From assembly GCA_003650545.1 (NCBI GenBank), contig QMQO01000002.1, positions 16,485 to 80,484 on the forward strand: a stretch of DNA of 64,000 bases, read 5' to 3'. The notes beneath the pieces were generated by a model, which had not been told where the DNA came from, searched no databases, and saw only the letters and a list, made by a program, of their open reading frames with translations. Position numbers and translations under genes: made by a program. Of the stretch, positions 10,851 through 19,688 are shown in pieces. Origin of the DNA: Candidatus Woesearchaeota archaeon (GTDB taxonomy: Archaea; Nanobdellota; Nanobdellia; Woesearchaeales; B72-G16). How positions within the stretch are numbered: position 1 is the stretch's first letter; the number at the start of each line of letters is the position of its first letter.

Positions 10851-13445
10851 TTAATCTAATCTTAATTTTTCATTGAACACATTAATAAAATCAGCTTTCA
10901 TACCTTCATTATAGAATGGCATACCTATAAGTTTATAACTTTCATTTTCTGCTAAAATCTGTAATTGACAATTACCTTCAATCTCTTTCAAAAATTCTTC
11001 TTTCCATTCGTCTGTTTTTAACAAGTGAGTTCCCTTCGGTTCAATAAATAATTGATATTGAATTAGTTTTTGTTTCCCTTTTTCTTTCAGGAATAAAACA
11101 AAATCCGGCTCTGTCGGCCTTCCGTCTGAGAATCTGTATAGCTTGAATAAATTGGCGTTCCTAACAAGATAAATCTCCGAATATTTTTTGCTTAATTTAT
11201 CCATCACTCCATGCAAAAACTGAATAAAGTGCTTTTCTTCGGATGTTCCGTAATTTTCGTTATAAACATACCATTTCTTATCAGATAAATTTAATCTTAG
11301 ATTCTCTTTTGTTGTTTCACTCATTGCGATACCGAATTCTTGGTCTGAATAATCACCTACATTAATGTTTAATGTCTTATCTTTTACAACATCTTTAATT
11401 CTGTGCTGAACAAATAATTTTGTTCCTTTATAATCTGTATAACCAGCTCTTATTTGTGATTCTAATTGTTTGAGGATGTTTAAACATACTTCAAGTTTAT
11501 CATCAGGGCTTAAATTGTCCAGTCTTGTTTTTGAGCTTCTTATATCTACTTTTATTTGTTTTAATGATTCAATGAATTCATTAATTGAGTTTAACTTTGG
11601 GAAATACTTTTTAAGATTGTCAAATTTATAAAAGTCAAGTTTTGAGAGTGCTTTTCTTAGTACAGCTTCATTAAAACTCTTTAATTCAAATGGTTTAGTT
11701 ATTCTATCTTCTTCTGCTTTTATTTCATCTACAAAAATAGTTCTGTCTTGTGTAAAACCACTTCTTAAATTAAATGGACCGAAATTTTTTGAAACATCAA
11801 TATCGCTTATATCTTTTATTCTTGACCTGTCAGCTTCAACTCTTTGGTTAATGAAAATAAAACCTTTTTTCCAGAAGTCAGTTTTTTTAATATCTTCTTT
11901 AACTTTGAGATGAATTATTTTTGGTTCTTGCGGCGGCATTATTCCAGTGTCCCTTAGAGCAGTTTTTAATTCCTGAATATATCTTGGATTATGTGTGCTA
12001 TGATAATACAACTCTTCAATAATCTTCAAATCATTTTCCAAATCCTGATCAAATTTTCTTCTGAATTTATCTTGTTCATCATTTAGTTTAAATGGAAAAT
12101 ATCTTGCTCCTCTTCCTATCAGCTGGGCTTCAGCTATTGTTGTTTTTCCCGGCCTGTTTCCTTTGCTGTCTCTTGTATCGTATAATCTAACAATATCAAA
12201 TAAGTTTAGAACATCCCAACCTTCATTTAGCATATCAACAGCAAAAATAGCTCTTATCTCATTGTTTTTATCTTCAAGAGAATTTAGTTTTAATTGTTTT
12301 TCCTCATCGATATTATTTGAATCAAGGAGCATACATTTCTCTTCTGAAAAATCTTCTTTTAATTCTGTAACTAAGTTATCAAATGATATTTTTTCTTTCT
12401 CAAAATATTCAAATGCTTTCTGTAAAACACTTCCATTTGCTTGTGATTTTATTCTTTGAATATCTCTTATAGTTAAATTTCGTATTTTTTCAAGAAATTC
12501 CTCATAATTTTTTTCAGATTCTTTTATTGTTTTTGATTTAAACAAAATTACCGGTTTTAAATGGACTTTATTTTTTTCTGCTATTTTCCTTCTGTATTGG
12601 CTTAAAATCATTGCTTGAAGCATTCTGTCAAGATTATCCAAATCTGCTTGTAAAACTTTTACTTCTTTTGAATATCCATCTTGTCTAAATTCTTTTAATG
12701 TGTATTCAAAAATAATCTTATTTTGATATTTCTCATAAATAGCAGGATTATCCAAATCAACGGTTGCAGTGTATTCCAGCATTATGTTTTCTGTATTTGA
12801 GTTAAAAATATTGTTTACTGTATGCTCCCATGTGGTTTTGGCTATCGTTTCCTCTTTTCCTAACTTATTTTTTGTCCATGCGTTTATGTGATGAGCTTCA
12901 TCTGAGATTATGACTATTTTTTTGTCTTTAAAATCTTCATAAGTTAAACTATTCTCTTTTGGCATATTCATATTAGAATGAAGCCCCTGAATTGTCGTGA
13001 AAAGAATATTTATGTCATGATTATTTGATGTTTCAAAATTATTAACTTCGTTTATTTTTACTTCCTTATCCTCAAACTTGATTTTTTCATTAAAGAGATA
13101 TTTTGATGAATTAGGATTAAGAAAATTATCTTTTGTTTTTTCTATGATGTTAGTGCTGTTTACGAAAAACAAGAAGTTTCTGTATCCTTTATTGTAAAGA
13201 TAGAGTATATTTGCGGCCATTAAAAGAGTTTTTCCTGAACCTGTTGCCATGTGAAACAAAAGCTGAGAAGGTTTTATTCTTTGAGGATAATTTTCAAGAT
13301 AATCAATAAAACGAGCTATTGCTTCTTTTTGGTATTCTCTTAATTCAAAAGCAGGATTTAAATTATGGATTATAAACTTCGGGATTTCCTTGTTTAATCT
13401 TCCAAGTTTTGAGAGTGTATCATAATCCTGCCTTAGAGTAGTCAT
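10851..13445 (-). CDS. res: Type III restriction enzyme Res subunit
   Basis: MATGSGKT, DEAHH, TAT, EGWDV, Q.IGRGAR and C-terminal PDF...IEPKG. Confidence 0.93.
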   Translation of the reverse strand: MTTLRQDYDTLSKLGRLNKEIPKFIIHNLNPAFELREYQKEAIARFIDYLENYPQRIKPSQLLFHMATGSGKTLLMAANILYLYNKGYRNFLFFVNSTNIIEKTKDNFLNPNSSKYLFNEKIKFEDKEVKINEVNNFETSNNHDINILFTTIQGLHSNMNMPKENSLTYEDFKDKKIVIISDEAHHINAWTKNKLGKEETIAKTTWEHTVNNIFNSNTENIMLEYTATVDLDNPAIYEKYQNKIIFEYTLKEFRQDGYSKEVKVLQADLDNLDRMLQAMILSQYRRKIAEKNKVHLKPVILFKSKTIKESEKNYEEFLEKIRNLTIRDIQRIKSQANGSVLQKAFEYFEKEKISFDNLVTELKEDFSEEKCMLLDSNNIDEEKQLKLNSLEDKNNEIRAIFAVDMLNEGWDVLNLFDIVRLYDTRDSKGNRPGKTTIAEAQLIGRGARYFPFKLNDEQDKFRRKFDQDLENDLKIIEELYYHSTHNPRYIQELKTALRDTGIMPPQEPKIIHLKVKEDIKKTDFWKKGFIFINQRVEADRSRIKDISDIDVSKNFGPFNLRSGFTQDRTIFVDEIKAEEDRITKPFELKSFNEAVLRKALSKLDFYKFDNLKKYFPKLNSINEFIESLKQIKVDIRSSKTRLDNLSPDDKLEVCLNILKQLESQIRAGYTDYKGTKLFVQHRIKDVVKDKTLNINVGDYSDQEFGIAMSETTKENLRLNLSDKKWYVYNENYGTSEEKHFIQFLHGVMDKLSKKYSEIYLVRNANLFKLYRFSDGRPTEPDFVLFLKEKGKQKLIQYQLFIEPKGTHLLKTDEWKEEFLKEIEGNCQLQILAENESYKLIGMPFYNEGMKADFINVFNEKLRLD

Positions 13446-14069
13446 TTACAACCCTCCTGCAATTGCTTGAGCAATTAAGTTCGTTAAAACATTTAATGGG
13501 ACTTGTCTCAAAAAATCTCTTCCTTTTTGTTTAAGTTCATTCAATAAAGCATTTATTTTAGATTTCTGGATGTTGTCTTTTTTTGTCTCTTCTTCTATCT
13601 CTTTTATTATCCTTTTTATTTGCTCTTTATTTTGAAAATTATTTTTATCTAAAATATTATGAACATCACTAAATGAGGTTATGGTGATATTCATTTGATT
13701 AAGATTTTGATTTAAGTTGGTGTTTGTTATATTTATGTTAGGAACAGGAGAGTCTATATTTACTTCTTTATTTTTATCAAATTTTCCTAATTCATAATTA
13801 TCCTTTATTATTTGAATACCACCTAAACAAGATTCTATATCTCTGTCATAAAAAGCAAATTCTTCAGCAGGTGCGAAATAAAATGGATAAAAAATACCTT
13901 GAAAAAGTTTTTTTATTTCTTGTTCTGAATAAAGTTCTACAATTATACTTTTAATTTTTCCTCGTATCGCATACATTAAATCTTGATTTTCTTTTGAAGG
14001 TCTATTTTTTATTTCATTAAGTTGATTTTCATAATCTTCAAGTTTGGATATTACTTTTTGAATATCCAT
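13446..14069 (-). CDS. Hypothetical protein between mod and res
   Basis: The ORF fills the gap exactly. Likely start is ATG 14069 after GGAGG. Confidence 0.7.
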   Translation of the reverse strand: MDIQKVISKLEDYENQLNEIKNRPSKENQDLMYAIRGKIKSIIVELYSEQEIKKLFQGIFYPFYFAPAEEFAFYDRDIESCLGGIQIIKDNYELGKFDKNKEVNIDSPVPNINITNTNLNQNLNQMNITITSFSDVHNILDKNNFQNKEQIKRIIKEIEEETKKDNIQKSKINALLNELKQKGRDFLRQVPLNVLTNLIAQAIAGGL

Positions 14070-14070
14070 T

Positions 14071-16047
14071 TTATAAACCTCCATAAAATTTTTTATTAAG
14101 CTCAACATCCTCTTTGCTTATTTTATATTGCTTGTCTTCTATTTCGCTGTAATTGGTATATAGGTTATTTGCATCAAGACATTCAATAAGAAGTTTCTTC
14201 TGTTCTTCTGCTGATAATTTCTTAAAGTCTTCAATATTTTCGTCAAAAAGTTTAGGATCTACACGATAACTCAAAAATGCGTGTTGCTTCATATCTTCCC
14301 AGATTTTAAGAAGCTCTTTTGTATCTTTTGCTTTCTTAATCTTCCGGACAAATCCTTCATTAAGTTCTTTTAGCTCCATATAAACAAAATCTCCACCGCC
14401 CTTCCAACCAACAGCTTTTGAGATGCCTGTTTGATCTCCATTGATTACATTTTTCAATCTCACAACAGCACTATTCTCTCCATAATCCAATTGCTCAACA
14501 CCAATATATTGTCTGCCCATTTTGTGAGCTACTGCACAAGTTGTTCCGGATCCTAAATGGTAATCTAAAACTATATCTCCTTCTTTTGTAGCCATGTCTA
14601 ATATCTTTTTCATTAATTTTTCTGGTTTTTTACCCGCTTTTAGTTCAACATTCCCTTCTTTAGCTATTCCTTGATGTAAATTTTCTACCCAGAGATTGTC
14701 ATTTTTAATTAATTTCAATACACTTTTTCCTTCATTACTTTTAATTGCACTATCCCTTAACCATACAATTAATGAACCATCTAAGAAATAATACCTATAA
14801 ATTTGTCCAGCAGATTTACCTTTTGTAGGAATGTATTCAATAGAGTAAAGACCTCTTTTTGGAATATGAGGCATTATTCTCTGCATTAAACCCCCTTGTG
14901 GATTAGTAGTTCTAAAAATCTTCTCAAAATACTTATAATAATTTTCATCAGTTCTATCTTTTGTTAGTAATGTTTCAACATTAAAATTTTCATGCTTGAA
15001 AACTTTTATTTTACCAACATTTCCACCGTTTATATCTTTAACATAGTTCTCCTTACCAAAATCTGTTAAAATTTTATTATACACCCTTTTGAAATTATCT
15101 CCTAGTTCTCCTTCAGCAAACGGTTTATAATTTTCAATTTTACTGCTATCTTTAGCATAAATTAGAATATACTCACAAATATCAAATAAGAAACTTTCTT
15201 GCCCTACACCCCCTCCTGCTTTTGCTTTTAGGGTTATCATCGTCAAAAAGTTCTCTCTACCAAATATCTCATCCATTAGCACTTTTAGATATGCTTGCTC
15301 TCTGTTATCAATCTGAACAAAAATAACCCCATCATCCCTTAACAAGTCTCTCGCAACTTCTAACCTGTTCTTCATAAAAGTTAGCCAAGTGGAATGATTA
15401 AAATTATCATTATACTTAAACTCATCATTTCCTGTATTATACGGTGGATCAATATAAATCAGCTTTACTTTTCCGGCAAATCTTTTCTTTAAAGAATGTA
15501 AAACCAAAAGATTATTTCCTTTTATGATTAAGTTGTCTGTTGGTTTGATTTCTTTGACTTTATGCTCTCCTTTGGCGTCAATTCTTTTAAAGTTTGTAAA
15601 TACTTTTGGGTCTAATAATCTATCAATTTCATCCGGAGCAAGAATTTCATTGTGAAAAATCTCTTTTCTTTTTTCGTCAGATTTCTCTTGTCCACCTTCT
15701 AATATACAATCTTTGTATGGCCAAGCTAAAACAACTTCTTTACTTTTTGAGATATATCGGTCATCATCCGTAATTAAACCAATTTTGTTTTTAAAAGCAG
15801 TGTAAGAATCAGGCAGGAACTCTTTATTATCAACAAATTTCATGAATTTTTCTTTGTCAAAAATTAATGTCCCTTCAACTTCAGTGAAAAAATGCTCCTT
15901 AATTTTTTTGTTGGTCAGAAGAAGCTTGATCAAATCTTTATCTAATTTTAATGCCAACTCTACAATCCTATTTTTTAACAATTCCCCATCAGATACCAAT
16001 CTTTCATCTTTTTTTAAAAGTGATTTTAATTCATCTAAAAGTGTCAT
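14071..16047 (-). CDS. mod: Type III R-M Mod subunit (N6-adenine methyltransferase)
   Basis: NLIIKGNNL, IYIDPPYNTG, KKPEKL, LDYHLGSGTT..VAHKMGR. Confidence 0.93.
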   Translation of the reverse strand: MTLLDELKSLLKKDERLVSDGELLKNRIVELALKLDKDLIKLLLTNKKIKEHFFTEVEGTLIFDKEKFMKFVDNKEFLPDSYTAFKNKIGLITDDDRYISKSKEVVLAWPYKDCILEGGQEKSDEKRKEIFHNEILAPDEIDRLLDPKVFTNFKRIDAKGEHKVKEIKPTDNLIIKGNNLLVLHSLKKRFAGKVKLIYIDPPYNTGNDEFKYNDNFNHSTWLTFMKNRLEVARDLLRDDGVIFVQIDNREQAYLKVLMDEIFGRENFLTMITLKAKAGGGVGQESFLFDICEYILIYAKDSSKIENYKPFAEGELGDNFKRVYNKILTDFGKENYVKDINGGNVGKIKVFKHENFNVETLLTKDRTDENYYKYFEKIFRTTNPQGGLMQRIMPHIPKRGLYSIEYIPTKGKSAGQIYRYYFLDGSLIVWLRDSAIKSNEGKSVLKLIKNDNLWVENLHQGIAKEGNVELKAGKKPEKLMKKILDMATKEGDIVLDYHLGSGTTCAVAHKMGRQYIGVEQLDYGENSAVVRLKNVINGDQTGISKAVGWKGGGDFVYMELKELNEGFVRKIKKAKDTKELLKIWEDMKQHAFLSYRVDPKLFDENIEDFKKLSAEEQKKLLIECLDANNLYTNYSEIEDKQYKISKEDVELNKKFYGGL

Positions 16048-16483
16048 TTTTCATCCTCCTCTTTAAGCTGTTCTTCCATCATTATTTCAAACTGTCTTGA
16101 TATTAATAAACCCTTTTTCTTGCAGAAATTTCTATATTTATCATATAATTCTGAATTAACCCTTAAAGTGATATTTTTTGATTCCATTTTGCACCCCTTT
16201 TTATTACAAATATATTCATTTGTATATAAATATTTCTATCCTAATGTTCTTTTTCAGAAAAAGAACCAAAAACAGCCCCCTCTCTCGTCTTTCAGACATG
16301 CTCAAAAATGGAACATTTTTGGCATCCTAAAAATCTTTGATTTTTATGATATTGCCTGCTACGCAGTTATTGATATCAAAGTAAGTAAAAACTACGGCAC
16401 CTATCTGATTTTCGGCAGTAAGAAAACTCAAAAATTTAATGTTCCTTGCGGAACTTAAATTTTTGGATTTGCTAACGCAAATC

Positions 16484-16642
16484 TCGGCTAACACGCATTA
16501 AGCGGGAAATTAGCCTAACCACACCCGCCCCTAATTTCCCCAAATTTTGAGTCCAGCTCTGTTCCGCTCAGGTTTTGTGGGTTGCCTCAAAACCTTCGCT
16601 CCACGAGGGACTCAAAACTTCGCTTAATGCGATATGTTAATT
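16484..16642 (+). mobile_element. attC-like site 2 (branched)
   Basis: TCGGCTAAC-A-CGCATTAAGCG(16494-16504)-stem GGGAAATTAG/CTAATTTCCC-CAAAT-stem TTTGAGTCC/GGACTCAAA-ACTT-CGCTTAATGCG(16621-16631)-ATAT-GTTAATT. Confidence 0.85.
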
Positions 16643-17429
16643 GCAATTCAGAAATCAGCCTAGAAAGTTTAGGGGGCAAAATTTAAAAGTCTCTTGTAAT
16701 CTTATGTTCTTTAGAGAATTTTATTTCCAATTGGTCATAGAAGTCATTACAAGATTTTATTTTTTCTTCATCTGTCCTTTGAATTCCTTTCCTCTTTAAT
16801 TCAAGATATTCTTTCAGCCATTTCTCCCAAGCATTTTTAGCTTCAGGATTCTCTTTAAAGTATCTTCTTAAAGTTTGCTTAATCTCTTTAGCAACTCCCT
16901 GTGGGTCAAAAAGTATTTTTTCCTCTAAATATGGATATGACAAGAACGGATACTTTTTGATACGATTAAGCAATTTCTTTTTTGGCCAGAATTCAAAGTC
17001 CACTTTAATTCCATAACGATATTCATGAGTATCTTTATATCGTCCACCATCATAAATAATCTCAATATCAACATCTGAATCTTTATGAGCTGTTCCTCTC
17101 GCTATACTTCCAAAAAGTAAGATACTCACTACTTTTGGATCTTTCTTCTTCTCTTCTATGACCTCTTTTATTATTTTTCTATGAATACTTAGCATATAGG
17201 AATAAATAAAATTCTTAGAATATAAATTTTGCCCCTTAATTGTTTTGTTTGATGTATCGCTTCGCTCATAAGATGACGGCTGATTTCTGAACTCACTTCG
17301 CTACGCTTCGTGCCACGCTGCGCTCTCGCCTTCGGCTCGGGGCAATTAACAGGAATTTAACGGAAAAATGCTCAGCTCGCATTTTTCCCAAATCGTTCGC
17401 TACGCTCACGACTTCGTTAAATTCCAATG
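16637..17429. mobile_element. Gene cassette 3 (nucleotidyltransferase)
   Basis: Begins GTTAATTGC and ends GCAATTAAC plus an attC-like site. Confidence 0.85.
16683..17195 (-). CDS. Pol-beta-superfamily (MNT/KNTase-like) nucleotidyltransferase
   Basis: LFGSIARG....SDVD motif. TATA box (TTTATATT, minus strand) about 25 nt upstream. Confidence 0.85.
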   Translation of the reverse strand: MLSIHRKIIKEVIEEKKKDPKVVSILLFGSIARGTAHKDSDVDIEIIYDGGRYKDTHEYRYGIKVDFEFWPKKKLLNRIKKYPFLSYPYLEEKILFDPQGVAKEIKQTLRRYFKENPEAKNAWEKWLKEYLELKRKGIQRTDEEKIKSCNDFYDQLEIKFSKEHKITRDF

Positions 17430-17435
17430 TTATGC
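17342..17435 (+). mobile_element. attC-like site 3 (branched)
   Basis: GCAATTAAC-A-GGAATTTAACG(17352-17362)-stem GAAAAATGC/GCATTTTTC-CCAAAT-stem-ACTT-CGTTAAATTCC(17415-17425)-AAT-GTTATGC. Confidence 0.85.
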
Positions 17436-17499
17436 TCAATCCGCCCGCTCGCCTCTTTTCAGAAAGAATTAAATATAATTGTTCTAAACTATTATTATT

Positions 17500-18327
17500 A
17501 TGATGAGATTCAAAAAGATTGTTTTGTATGATTTGAGGTCAAAACCTCTTGAAAAAGAATTTGTTGATAAACTAAAACAGTTTGCAGAATCTATAAAGGT
17601 TGTTTTTGCTAAAGGAGAATATCTAAAAGTTTTGAAATTGTCAGATTTGGAAGATGCTGATGCTTTAATCACACGCATCTTTGATTATTATGATGATTCA
17701 TTATTTGAAAATTCAAATTTGAGATATATTGGTGCAATGCATACTGATGTTTCACACTTTAATATTCAACTTCTTAATAGAAAAGGAATTACATTAACTA
17801 ATATTCCTGGCTATGCTACTGAAGCAGTAGCTGAATTAACAATTTCTGCATTGCTTAATATTTCTAGACAAACTCATGACGCAATGAATTTTGTTAAACA
17901 AGGCAACTGGGGTTTTGAAAAGTTTTTGGGCTGGGAATTGGGAGGAAAGACCTTGGGAATAATTGGCTTAGGAAGAATAGGAAGCAGAGTTGCAGAAATT
18001 GCTCAGGGATTTGGAATGAATATTATTTATTATTCTAAAGAGGAAAAAGACGTTTCTTATAAATTTGTTGAATTGGACAATTTATTAAAGCAAAGCGATG
18101 TTGTAAGTTTGCATTGTAATTTAACTGATGAAACAAAAAATATCTTAAATAAAAAAAATCTGAAATTAATGAAGCAAGGAGCTGTTTTACTTAATTCTGC
18201 TAGAATGGAATTAGTTGATTTAGAAGCTTTATATGAACTTTGTAAAGAAAGAAAGATTTTTGTTTGGTTTGATGAACTTCAGGATGCCTTCTCTCTTCTT
18301 ATTTGTGAGATAATCTCTATTGTATAA
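17500..18327 (+). pseudogene. D-2-hydroxyacid dehydrogenase, C-terminally truncated
   Basis: NIPGYATEAVAE, GKTLGIIGLGRIG, SLHC.LT.ET, MK.GAVL.NSAR. It breaks off after FDE into unrelated sequence and lacks the catalytic TPH region. Confidence 0.75.
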
Positions 18328-18359
18328 CAGCCATGCACTACACCAAATAATCTTATCAT
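18279..18359 (-). pseudogene. 5' remnant of a cassette gene (MIRLFGVVHGCYTIEIISQIRREKAS*)
   Basis: SD-like GAGGGG before the ATG and BRE/TATA CCGAAAGGTTTTTAAG at about 18424-18439. Stops after 26 aa at the junction with the dehydrogenase. Confidence 0.55.
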
Positions 18360-18562
18360 CTTACCCCTCTCAAAAAAATATCTAAGATTTATTCACTTCT
18401 TAATTTTTTGGAATAATGTCAATCTTAAAAACCTTTCGGAATAGAGGGAGTTCCTGACTCTAAATTTAGTCTGCCTTCGGCAGTTATTTAATATTAAAGT
18501 GAAAATTCGACTCTCTCCGCTTCGCTCCGAGCCACGCTACGCGCTCTCGCCTACAGCTCGGG

Positions 18563-18656
18563 TCGGCTAACAGGCATTATCCGAGAAATCCCTCGGCTCG
18601 GGATTTCTCCAAATTTTTGCTAACGCAAAAACTTCGGATAATGCCATATGTTATGC
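18563..18656 (+). mobile_element. attC-like site 4 (branched)
   Basis: TCGGCTAAC-A-GGCATTATCCG(18573-18583)-stem AGAAATCCC/GGGATTTCT-CCAAAT-stem TTTTGC/GCAAAA-ACTT-CGGATAATGCC(18635-18645)-ATAT-GTTATGC. Confidence 0.85.
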
Positions 18657-18722
18657 TCAATAAAAAATCGGCTAAAAATAGAAAGGGTCGGCTCTTGAAA
18701 ATAGTCTCACTTCGTGAGAAAT

Positions 18723-19688
18723 TTATCTATTCAAAATGTAGGCTCTTGCTTTGCCCTCTTTAAATTCAAGAATTCCAGCAGCAGGTTTTAAGTTTCTACC
18801 AACATGGTCATAAACTGCTCCAGGATTGAAGTCAAGTCTATCTGATAATTCTCCCTGTTTAACAGGTTGCTCATCAGGAGTTATTAGTCCATATGCTTCA
18901 TGAATGTGTCCGCTCACAGCAAATTTAGAACCAATTGCTTTTCTAACTCTTGCTAAATCAACTCCGCCAACATTAATTCCTCTATCAATAACATCCAATC
19001 CTCTTTTTGTCCTGTATTTTTGAGGAATATGTGTTGCAATCAAAAGAGGTTTATCACATTGATATTGTTTTGCTAATTCTCCTAATCTTTCAAAATCTTC
19101 TCCATTTCTTAAATATCCATCTGGAACACAAAATCGAGAATTTGCATTTCCACCTAAAGCAACAATAGTCAAATCATCTAAATCAGCAACAGGAACTTTT
19201 TCCATATCTACAACATTTGAATATTTTGATGTCAAATGTTCTAATGCTTTGTCATAGGCTCTTTTTTGCTCGTGATTTCCTGGAACTGCTAAAACAAGTT
19301 TTCCTGTTGCAGCTACTGGCTCAACAACGCTTAAAATTTCATTAAAATCATCTTTTGCTCCTTCGTAATCCCCAAAAGAATGCGATAAATCTCCTGCTAA
19401 AAAATAAACATCAACACCTTCTTGATTTAGCTGATTTGCAAAAAATTGAGAATTTCCTTGATGAGCATGAAGATCAGCCATTACGCCTAATTTTATTTGT
19501 CCATCTCCTCTTGTTGCTTGACTAATAACTCCATCTTGAATTTGATATTCAATACCTTTAAGATTTATTGTTTTAGGAGAATCTGACTTTTTACTGCAAC
19601 CTGTCAAAGGCAATCCTGAAGCTACTGCTCCAGCAACTAAAGCCCCTCTTCCAAGCCATCCTAAAAACTCTCTTCTATTCATTCTCAT
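18723..19688 (-). CDS. Tat-exported lipoprotein metallophosphoesterase (calcineurin-like)
   Basis: NRREFL twin-arginine motif, LTGC lipobox, DLH / GD / GNHE / H / GHIHE motifs. TATA TTTATAAA at about 19711-19718. Confidence 0.88.
   Translation of the reverse strand: MRMNRREFLGWLGRGALVAGAVASGLPLTGCSKKSDSPKTINLKGIEYQIQDGVISQATRGDGQIKLGVMADLHAHQGNSQFFANQLNQEGVDVYFLAGDLSHSFGDYEGAKDDFNEILSVVEPVAATGKLVLAVPGNHEQKRAYDKALEHLTSKYSNVVDMEKVPVADLDDLTIVALGGNANSRFCVPDGYLRNGEDFERLGELAKQYQCDKPLLIATHIPQKYRTKRGLDVIDRGINVGGVDLARVRKAIGSKFAVSGHIHEAYGLITPDEQPVKQGELSDRLDFNPGAVYDHVGRNLKPAAGILEFKEGKARAYILNR

Larger units (their letters stand above)
8979..16636. mobile_element. Gene cassette 2 (7.66 kb; type III R-M operon plus three genes)
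   Basis: Begins GTTAGCC and ends GGCTAAC plus an attC-like site. Five further nested end-to-end helices. No internal att motif seen. Confidence 0.8.

Noticed and set aside
16120-16458. 112-aa + strand ORF (and 8751-8969)
   Set aside because: They overlap structured cassette ends and promoters, with atypical composition and no motifs.
16683-17195. MNT-HEPN toxin-antitoxin pair
   Set aside because: No HEPN partner in the cassette.
8810-18660. Intergenic GC-rich hairpins as simple terminators, tRNAs or ncRNAs
   Set aside because: They lie upstream of the inverted genes, lack U-tracts and cloverleaf/TTCGA geometry, and share the TAAC/GTTA recombination grammar.
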